Shown one piece after another: positions 53,425 to 61,180 of a DNA stretch of 64,000 nucleotides. Where the stretch lies: the NCBI GenBank assembly GCA_963796685.1, contig CAWCMR010000010.1, forward strand, positions 32,001 through 96,000, written 5' to 3'. Position 1 is the first letter of the stretch. Every line of letters begins with the position of its first letter. Below the pieces are notes generated by a model. That model was not told where the DNA came from. It saw only the letters and a list, made by a program, of their open reading frames with translations, and made no database searches. The position numbers and the translations under genes were made by a program. This DNA is from an uncultured delta proteobacterium (lineage in GTDB: Bacteria; Myxococcota_A; Polyangia; Fen-1088).

Positions 53425-54900
53425 ATGGCGCGTCTCTCTTCGCCAGCGACCACGGACATCGGCGGCAAGGCCCTGCAAAGGACCTTGATCGACGATCGCG
53501 ACGATTCCAGCTTGAAGACCGAGCTGTGGTTGACGGTGGTCGAACAGAAGGAATCGCGCATGATGCCCATGCCGGAATCCGGCGAGCTCACCATCGGCCG
53601 CGCCGAGGACTGCGACATCATCCTCGACAATCCCTCGGTTTCGCGCAACCACGCCGTGCTCAAGATCGCGAACGGGGCGGTCACGGTCAAGGACATGGAC
53701 AGCGCCAATGGCACGCGCATCGGCGGCAAACGCCTGCCGCCCGATGGAGAGGGACCGGTGCCGCCGGGGGTCGCCATTCTCATCGGCGGTGCCTCCTTGG
53801 TGGTTCACCAACTCGCCAGCGTCCAAAGCTTCGAGCGGCCGGGTCGAGAGGGAAACTCGGCCGTGCGCGAAGTGATCATGGCCACCGAGCACATTCGCGC
53901 GCTCAAATCGGGGAAGACGTCGGCCGCGGACACGCCCTTCGGCGGTCTCGTGGTGGAGTCCCTGGCGATGCGCAAGCTGTTCGAGCTTGTCGACCGCATC
54001 GCGCCAGGAACCATCGCGGTGCTCCTGACGGGCGAAACCGGGGTGGGCAAGGAAGTGGTCGCCGCCGCCATTCACGATCGTTCGCCACGGCGGTTGCAGC
54101 CGTACTTGCGACTCAACTGCTCGGCCTTTGCCGAGAACCTTCTCGAAAGCGAGCTGTTCGGACACGAGGCCGGCGCCTTCAGCGGCGCGCGCGCGGCCAA
54201 GCCGGGTCTTTTCGAAACCGCCAACGGCGGCACCGTGCTGCTCGACGAGATCGGCGAGATGTCGTTGCCCATTCAGGCCAAGCTTCTGCGCGTGATCGAA
54301 ACCCACGAGGTGATACCCATCGGGGGTACGCGCGTGCGCAAGCTGGACGTGCGCTTCATCTCCGCCACCAACCGCGATCTGCATGAGCGCATCCGCAAGG
54401 GACTCTTCCGCGAGGATCTCTATTTTCGCCTGAGCGGCGTTTCGGTGGAAGTGCCGCCCTTGCGTGCCCGACGGTCGGAGATCTCGCCTCTGGCCAAATT
54501 GTTCGCGACGGAGGCCGCGGAGGCGCTCGGACGCAAGGCCGTTCCGGACCTGGCTCCGGACGCGTTGCGCTTCCTCGAAGAACAACCGTGGCCCGGCAAC
54601 GTCCGGGAGTTGCGCAATTGCGTGGAGCGCGCGGTCCTGGTTTCGAGCTCGAACACGCTGACCGTCGAGGATGTCGATCCGAATCGCCAGACCTCGCTAG
54701 CCCGCAAGACCGGAAAGCCGATGCAGATCGTCGCGTCTCGTGCCCCGGGAACCTCGGAATCGGCGGAGCTCGAACAGATTCGCGAGGCTTTGTCGCTGTG
54801 CGCTGGGAACCAGACGCGGGCGGCGGCGTTGCTGGGAATTGCGCGCCGAACCTTGGTCAGGAAGCTCGCGACCATGGGCCTGCCTCGTCCGCGCGGTTAG
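53425..54900 (+). CDS. FHA-domain sigma54 enhancer-binding protein
   Basis: IGR...VSRNHA...SANGT (FHA); GETGVGKE, ESELFGH, GAFSGA, WPGNVREL, Fis HTH. Confidence 0.94.
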   Translation: MARLSSPATTDIGGKALQRTLIDDRDDSSLKTELWLTVVEQKESRMMPMPESGELTIGRAEDCDIILDNPSVSRNHAVLKIANGAVTVKDMDSANGTRIGGKRLPPDGEGPVPPGVAILIGGASLVVHQLASVQSFERPGREGNSAVREVIMATEHIRALKSGKTSAADTPFGGLVVESLAMRKLFELVDRIAPGTIAVLLTGETGVGKEVVAAAIHDRSPRRLQPYLRLNCSAFAENLLESELFGHEAGAFSGARAAKPGLFETANGGTVLLDEIGEMSLPIQAKLLRVIETHEVIPIGGTRVRKLDVRFISATNRDLHERIRKGLFREDLYFRLSGVSVEVPPLRARRSEISPLAKLFATEAAEALGRKAVPDLAPDALRFLEEQPWPGNVRELRNCVERAVLVSSSNTLTVEDVDPNRQTSLARKTGKPMQIVASRAPGTSESAELEQIREALSLCAGNQTRAAALLGIARRTLVRKLATMGLPRPRG

Positions 54901-54930
54901 CGCGGCCGGGGAATGGGGACCACCAGGCCG

Positions 54931-55037
54931 GATCTCAATTGGGATCAAGTTGGGATCGCGCAGATTGAGATCGCTGGCGCTCCGCGGGACGTAAGGCCGC
55001 GAAATCACGTGCGGTCGCGCGTGGCATGGTGAGTGCA
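54931..55037 (+). promoter_or_regulatory. Putative enhancer plus sigma54 promoter
   Basis: GATCTCAAT...ATTGAGATC inverted repeat (54931-54972) enclosing TTGGGATC x2; TGGCATG-GTGA-GTGCA at 55022-55037. Confidence 0.65.
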
Positions 55038-55052
55038 AGGTAAGAGGCCATC

Positions 55053-55259
55053 ATGATTCCATGCTGCTTCGCCATCATCCCCGACCGTTCGCATCAACCC
55101 CTCGCCTTGTTTGCCGATCTGCAAGACGCGATGGACTGGGGGCTGAGTCGGCTGGGCGGCAATGCCTTCCGCATCAAGTACATCTCCATCGCTCGCATCG
55201 AGAGCGAGGACGCAGCTCCGACTTCCGTCGAACACGAACCTCACCTAATGCGGTCCTAG
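55053..55259 (+). CDS. Small hypothetical protein (68 aa)
   Basis: AGAGG RBS, downstream of a sigma54 promoter; PLALFADLQDAMDWGL. Confidence 0.6.
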   Translation: MIPCCFAIIPDRSHQPLALFADLQDAMDWGLSRLGGNAFRIKYISIARIESEDAAPTSVEHEPHLMRS

Positions 55260-55410
55260 ACTAACTCCTAGACTAGTTGCCTGAGGCTCGTCAGGTCAGG
55301 GCCCGGGCGTTGCCGACGCCTCCTCATCACTGGCCCTTTCCTGGCGAGACCTTAGCTTAGATTGGCATGGCCGGTTGCACCGGCGGCCAGCTTGGGCATG
55401 ATGGCCCCGC

Positions 55411-57372
55411 GTGGTTGTGCTGCTCCTGCTCTTCGTGGCTGGGCGCTGCCTCGTCCCGATGGACGAGACGGACGTCTTCTTCAATTTGCGCCTGGGCGAG
55501 ATCGTGCTCGGCGGCGCGCGCGTGCCCACGGAAAATCTGCTCTCCTTCACGCATCCCCACGCCACCGACATCAACCTGGCGTGGCTGTTTCAGATCGCCC
55601 TTGCCCTGGCCCATCGCGCGGCCGGGCTGCCGGGGACGGTGGTGCTCAAGACCGTTTTCGTGTTGGCCACATGGGCTCTGCTTTATCGGGTGGCCGTGAG
55701 GCGAGGCGCTGCTCCCGCGCCGCTCGCGCTCGCTTTGGCCCTCGCCGCATGGGCCGCCGAGCCGCGTTTCGTCGAACGTCCCCACCTGGTCACGTTCCTG
55801 GGGCTGGCGGCTGTCTTGCTGGCCCTCGAGCGCGCCGAGGCCAAGCGGCCGCGGATGCTTTGGCTGCTCGTGCCCGGCGGGCTTCTGTGGGCCAACGCCA
55901 ACTCGTGCTACTTCCTTGCCCCGACGCTGCTCCTACTCTACGCGCTTGGGGCCTGGCGAGACGGGCTTGCGGCCGAGGCGCGCCGAGGGGTGAAGGTGGC
56001 GCTGGCCATGGTTCCATTCATTTTCGCCACGCCGTCGGGGTTTCGCGCCCTGACCTACATCGCGAACCACTTCCGCATGCCGTACCTGCGGCCGTTGCAG
56101 GAGTATCGGCACGCGCAGTGGCCGCTCGACGGGCCGTTCTTCTTCTTGGCGGCAGGCCTGCTCTTGGCATCTGTGCTGCCGCTAGTGTATCGACGCTTGC
56201 CCACCTTGGTTCCCACGCGCGTGCTTCTGCCCTGCGCGGCGCTGGCAGTGCTGGGCGGGCTGCGCATTCGCTTCGTCGCCGAATTCGCCATGCTCGCGGG
56301 ACCGGCCCTGGCGGTTGCGTTCACGCGCCTGGCCCCTCGGCTTGCCGGTCGCTGGGCGGCCGGGATCGCGGGCGGGGTGCTCGTCGCTTTGACCGTGGTG
56401 CCGCGCCTGGTCGCGGGCGCCGAGGGCGGGCGGGTCTTCGACCTCGGTCTGGAAGCGGATCTCGTGCCCCTGGCCGCCGTGGACTTCGTCGAGAAGAGCG
56501 GACTGCGCGAGCGCATGTACAACGATCTCGAGGTCGGCTCGTACCTGACCTGGCGCGGCTGGCCACGCTTCCGCGTGTTTCAGGATCCGCGTATCAACGG
56601 CTACCCCGATTCGTTCCATGCGATCCTGCGTCGGGCCGACCTCTCGCGCGCCGAGTGGCAGCGTTTGCTCGACGGCTTTGGCGTGACCTCCGCGCTCGTG
56701 ACCTATCCCTCGGTCAATCCGCGCGGAGCACTCTTCGCTCCCGGACTGTGGGCCCTGGTCTACCGCGCGAACGACGGCCTGGTCTTCGTTCGCCGGCCGG
56801 TGCGCGACGGCCTGCCCGAGATTCCGCTGACCTTCACCTATTCCCCGGCGACTGGCCTTTCGGTCGCCCCGCTCCTTGAACCGCCCGTCGGCGTCCACGT
56901 GTCCCTTTGCGAATGGCGGTCTCGTTTGGGCGACTACTATCGCCTCGCCGGAGACGCTCGCTCCGCGCTTGGCCGCTACGTGTCCGCCATGCGCGACGAG
57001 GGTGCTCCCCCATGTGTCCTGGCCGCGCGCGAATCGGCCGGGATGCTCGCCTTGCAGCTTGGGGATCCTGCCCAAGCGGCAGAGTGGCTCGCTGGCGCGA
57101 CCGGCCCGGTGGCCAGAACCAATCATGGATTCGCCTTGCTCGGGCTCGGCCATGCCGCGGATGCGCTCGCCGACTTCGATGCCGTGCTCGCCGCCGAAAG
57201 CCGCAACGACGAGGCAACCTTCGGCCGTGGCCTGTCTCTCGTCGCGCTCGGCCGCGCCAGCCTGGCGGCCTCAGCCTTCGAGGCCCTGCTCGCGCGTTCG
57301 CCCAACCACCTGTCCGCACCCGCGGCCAGGCTGGAGCTCGCGCGCCTGCGCGGGGGAGCCGGAAAAAGGTAG
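55411..57372 (+). CDS. GT-C-like multi-TM membrane protein with C-terminal TPRs
   Basis: DETDVFFNLRLGE, ERPHLVT, LWAN, MYND...GSYL, VFQDPR; TPR-like tail; start uncertain. Confidence 0.75.
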   Translation: MVVLLLLFVAGRCLVPMDETDVFFNLRLGEIVLGGARVPTENLLSFTHPHATDINLAWLFQIALALAHRAAGLPGTVVLKTVFVLATWALLYRVAVRRGAAPAPLALALALAAWAAEPRFVERPHLVTFLGLAAVLLALERAEAKRPRMLWLLVPGGLLWANANSCYFLAPTLLLLYALGAWRDGLAAEARRGVKVALAMVPFIFATPSGFRALTYIANHFRMPYLRPLQEYRHAQWPLDGPFFFLAAGLLLASVLPLVYRRLPTLVPTRVLLPCAALAVLGGLRIRFVAEFAMLAGPALAVAFTRLAPRLAGRWAAGIAGGVLVALTVVPRLVAGAEGGRVFDLGLEADLVPLAAVDFVEKSGLRERMYNDLEVGSYLTWRGWPRFRVFQDPRINGYPDSFHAILRRADLSRAEWQRLLDGFGVTSALVTYPSVNPRGALFAPGLWALVYRANDGLVFVRRPVRDGLPEIPLTFTYSPATGLSVAPLLEPPVGVHVSLCEWRSRLGDYYRLAGDARSALGRYVSAMRDEGAPPCVLAARESAGMLALQLGDPAQAAEWLAGATGPVARTNHGFALLGLGHAADALADFDAVLAAESRNDEATFGRGLSLVALGRASLAASAFEALLARSPNHLSAPAARLELARLRGGAGKR

Positions 57373-57381
57373 ACTGTCTTC

Positions 57382-59042
57382 GTGTCCCGTCCTTTCGCTC
57401 GTCGAGGTCCATGGTTGAGGCTTCTCGGGCTGCTCCTGGTGGCGGGGCTGGTCGTCGCGTGCATCGCGGAGCTGGCGCGCGCGGCGCCGACCGATTTCGA
57501 TGACGCATACATGTACCTGCGCTACGCCGAGCACCTGCTCGCCGGGCAGGGCATGGCGTGGAACGCGGGCGAGGCTTCCGTCTACGGCGTCACCAGCCTG
57601 CTGCATCTGGCCGCTGTCGTGGTCGTGAAGATCGTCTTTCCCTGGCTCGCTCCTGCGGCGGTGCTGCAGGTGGCTTCGGGAGGCGCCGCGGTGGCCTTTC
57701 TGGCCGCCATGATCGGGCTCGCGGCCTTGCTCGGCCGCCACGAGCGCCTGGCTGGCAACTGGATCTTCTGGGCCGCGATCCTGTTGCCGCTGCTGGCGTT
57801 TCGCGAGGCCTTCGTTTTTCACGCCAGCACCGGCATGGACACCATGATCTCCGCGCTGGCCAACGGCGTGCTCGTGTTCTGCTCGCTGCGATTCGCGTCC
57901 GCGCCGAACGGATCGCGGGCAGTGGTGGCGGCGCTGGCCTCGTTGCTGGCCGTTCTCGCCCGGCCCGACAATTTGCCCTGCGCGCTTCTTTGCCCGGTCT
58001 TGGCGGTGTGGCTTCTCGCGCCCCGACCCAAGGCGAAGTCGATCGTCCTGTTCGCCGCCCTGGCTGGCGGACTGCTCGCGGCGCTCGCCCTTGCCCAAAG
58101 GGCGCTGCTCGGGTCGGTCTTGCCGCTTTCCTTCTTCGCCAAGCAGCCTTGGTACTACCGCGGCTTCGCCGGCGAGTTTGCCTGGAATCCGTTCCTCTTT
58201 CTCGGGGTCTTCGCGCTGTCGGCTTGGCCGTTCGTCGGGGTGTTGATCCTGTTCGCGGATGGTCGGGGGCTGCGTCGTGCGGCCGCCTTGCTCGTCCCCG
58301 TGCTCGCGACCTTCGCGGTGTTGTTCAGATTCAACCAGATCATGGGTCATCTTGGCCGCTTCTACTATCCCTTCCTGCCCTTCTTCGTCGCGGCCGGGGC
58401 GCTCGAATTCGATGCGTGGATGAGCCGGACGCGCGCGCTTCGCGAGGTCCGCCCGGCGGCGATGCTGTGGCGAGCGGGGCTGGCCGCCGCGGTGACCCTG
58501 CTCGGCATCGTGTCGCTGTCGACCGCGGCCCAAGCCTACGCCAGTCGTGCACGAACCCAGCGATTCGCCGCCACGGACGGTTTTCACACCAGGGCGCAGG
58601 CGTCTCTGCCCGAGATCGATTCCTGGCAGGCAGCGCATGCCGTCGCGGAGATGGCCAGGGCGGCACCTGCCGGCGTCAGCTTTGCCATGTCCGAGCACGG
58701 CCTGCCCGGCGCCTTGGCGCCGCAGGCGACGATCATCGACGTGCTGGGACTGCACGATTCGTACTTCGCGCACCACGGGTTCTCCACGGCCGAGTCTTTC
58801 GCCGCCAGCCCGATGTCCTGTGGCTGCCTCACGCCGATCACACGCAAATGGTGCGCGACATCCTCGACAGCGACGATTTCTGGAGCCACTACGCCTTTTA
58901 TCCGGATGCCTTCTTCTACGGCATCGCCCTGCGCATCGACGGACCCCACTTCGCGCGCCTCGCCGAGTTGCTGTCGGAGCAGTGGCGAATCGCCTACCCT
59001 GGTTCGACCATGGCCGACTACCAGGCCGTGCGCGGAAATTGA
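57382..59042 (+). CDS. GT-C-type membrane glycosyltransferase (AftB-like), frameshift at about 58795
   Basis: DDAYMYLRYA, YGVTS, GMDT, ARPD, DVLGLHD; C-terminus FRRQPDVLWLPH in another frame. Confidence 0.75.
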
Positions 59043-59060
59043 TCCGGCGCCACGGGTTCG

Positions 59061-60353
59061 CTACCCGTTGCGGTTCGCGTGCAGGACCAAAGCCTGGGCA
59101 GGCCGAAGGTCGTAGTGAAACGGCGCGGGTATATGGTGCATGCGGCTCTCGGGCGACAGATCCGCGAGTGGGGTGCCGGTCTGTACGAACCCGGCGAGGT
59201 TGTCGCAGTGGAAGGTATGCGTGCCGTGCAGGTCGCGATTCACGATGAGAAGGATCTCCTCGCGCGTGTGCGCGGAGCCCTTCCACAGCACAAGGACGTT
59301 GTCGTTCCCGGATACCTGCACCTCGACCGGCGATTCTTCCTGGAAGATGGGGTGCGACGTCTTGATGGCGTTCACCTGCTTGATGTACGGGCGAAGATCG
59401 ACGCCGGTATTCTCCCAGTCCTCGGGCCGCGTGCGCACGACGTGCAGGCGACGGCGGAACCCGAACTCGAAGCCCATCGGCATCATGACCGCGGCAGAGA
59501 AGAGCGCGCTCACCAGGTAGCGCTGCTTGCAAGCCTCGATGTGGCCGTGCAACTCTTCGGCGAGCCTCGGGGTATCGTGACTTTCGGCGAAGCTCACGGA
59601 GGGGACGATGTCGCGCGTGATGGCATATTGCTTGGTCAACCAGGTCCCGCGGAAATCCCACCACTTCAGGCTGTTGAATACGTAGTCGAAGCCCGCCGCG
59701 GCCGTGCGCAAGGCGTTGTCGAGCGGACACCCCAAGGTTTCGGCGAGGAAGATCGCATCGGGGTGAGCTGCCTTGGTCTCGCCGATGAGTCGGGACCAAA
59801 ACGAAGTCGGAATTTGATAGGCGGCATCGCAGCGGAAGGCCCGAAAGCCTCGTGCGTAGAGTCCATCGACCACGCCGCGGAAGAAACGATACAGGCTGTC
59901 CGGGGCCTGGGTGTGGCGATGGTCGAACTGGGCCAGGTCGCCCCACACGATCTTCTTGCCGTTTTCCCGGCAGGAGGGATGGGCGACGCGGCCGGCTCCT
60001 TCCCAGACGAACCACTCGGGATGACGCTTCACCAACGGCGAATCCGCCGCGCAGTGGTTGGCCACCAGATCGATCATCAGCTGCAACCCGAGGGCGCGGG
60101 CGGCGTCGACCGCGGTCTGCAGCTGTGCTTCGGGATCGAGCGCGCTGTGCGGGTCGAGCAGCCGGGGATCCAGGGCGTCGTAATCGGCGATGGAGTACAG
60201 GCTTTGCGACTTGCCCGAGCGTTGAATGGGATTGACGAAGATCCAGGAAAAACCCATGGCCGCGGCGCGTTCCAGGTGTTTGGCCCAGCCCAGGAAGGGG
60301 CCGGCCAGGAGCGGGAACAGGTTGTAGACGAGCATTTTTCGCGACGAGCTCAC
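59061..60353 (-). CDS. GH13 alpha-amylase-family protein (GlgE-like catalytic core)
   Basis: DLVANH, FRCDAAY (nucleophile), FLAETLG, ESHDT; GTGA overlap with the upstream gene. Confidence 0.9.
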   Translation of the reverse strand: MSSSRKMLVYNLFPLLAGPFLGWAKHLERAAAMGFSWIFVNPIQRSGKSQSLYSIADYDALDPRLLDPHSALDPEAQLQTAVDAARALGLQLMIDLVANHCAADSPLVKRHPEWFVWEGAGRVAHPSCRENGKKIVWGDLAQFDHRHTQAPDSLYRFFRGVVDGLYARGFRAFRCDAAYQIPTSFWSRLIGETKAAHPDAIFLAETLGCPLDNALRTAAAGFDYVFNSLKWWDFRGTWLTKQYAITRDIVPSVSFAESHDTPRLAEELHGHIEACKQRYLVSALFSAAVMMPMGFEFGFRRRLHVVRTRPEDWENTGVDLRPYIKQVNAIKTSHPIFQEESPVEVQVSGNDNVLVLWKGSAHTREEILLIVNRDLHGTHTFHCDNLAGFVQTGTPLADLSPESRMHHIPAPFHYDLRPAQALVLHANRNG

Positions 60354-61180
60354 GGGCCGCCTCCCGCGCTTTCTTGCGCCTGCAGGGCCAGCAAGCGATC
60401 GCGAGCCGTGACCAAGAGCGTGGGGGGCGTGGGCCACTGTTCGAGGATCATCGAGCCGGTGTAGTTTCGTCGTCGCAAGCGCCGGAGCACCCCGACGACG
60501 CCAGAAGGATCCCGGCTGGCCGGGCCGGTAAACAGGGTCAGGTGCTTGTCGCCGTCACCCCAGTTCTCGTGCAGATGGGCATGGACGATGGGCACGTGCG
60601 CGGCCAGCCCGTCGAGGTAGGCCAGGTAGTCGTTTCGGGTCTTGCAGTAGAGATTGGCGTGACCGATATCGAGACACAGGCCGATGTGTCGGGCGCGTGC
60701 CGCATCCAGGTCTTGCAAGCACGCAAACACCCGGTTGACGTCCTCGGGCCCGGTGAAGACGGTGTTTTCCAGGGCCAACGTGATGCCATCTCGTGCCAGT
60801 GTATCCACCAGCGACAAGGTCGCCCGACAATAGGACTCGACGGGGTCGGGAACCAAATGGATGTTCAACACGCGGGCGCCGACATCGCGAGCGAGATCGA
60901 TGTCGCGCGACAGCTTGGCGCGGGCACCTTCCCCGCCCAGGCCGGATTCGAGAGCCGCGTGGACGCTGAGGCGCAGGTGGCGGACGGATGCGGTGGCGCG
61001 CAGGAACGCGCGCTCGTCCGCGCCGATGTCCTCGGCCGACCAACCCCGGCCGTGCGGCCCGCCGTCGGGGAAGAGCTCGAAGGCGTCGAAGCCTTGCTCG
61101 ACCGCGAACACGAAAGGATCGCGCACCGGCGCGAAGAACGCGGTCTGGTTGCCGATGCAGGGGCGACGCGTTTCAACCAT
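60350..61180 (-). CDS. Sugar-phosphate isomerase/epimerase (AP endonuclease 2) TIM-barrel protein
   Basis: LSVHA, LALENT, CLDIGHA, HAHLHENWGDGDKHL, ILE. Confidence 0.85.
   Translation of the reverse strand: MVETRRPCIGNQTAFFAPVRDPFVFAVEQGFDAFELFPDGGPHGRGWSAEDIGADERAFLRATASVRHLRLSVHAALESGLGGEGARAKLSRDIDLARDVGARVLNIHLVPDPVESYCRATLSLVDTLARDGITLALENTVFTGPEDVNRVFACLQDLDAARARHIGLCLDIGHANLYCKTRNDYLAYLDGLAAHVPIVHAHLHENWGDGDKHLTLFTGPASRDPSGVVGVLRRLRRRNYTGSMILEQWPTPPTLLVTARDRLLALQAQESAGGGP

Noticed and set aside
55254-55275. TCCTAGACTA doublet as an IS target-site scar
   Set aside because: Too short, and there is no transposase or terminal inverted repeat nearby.
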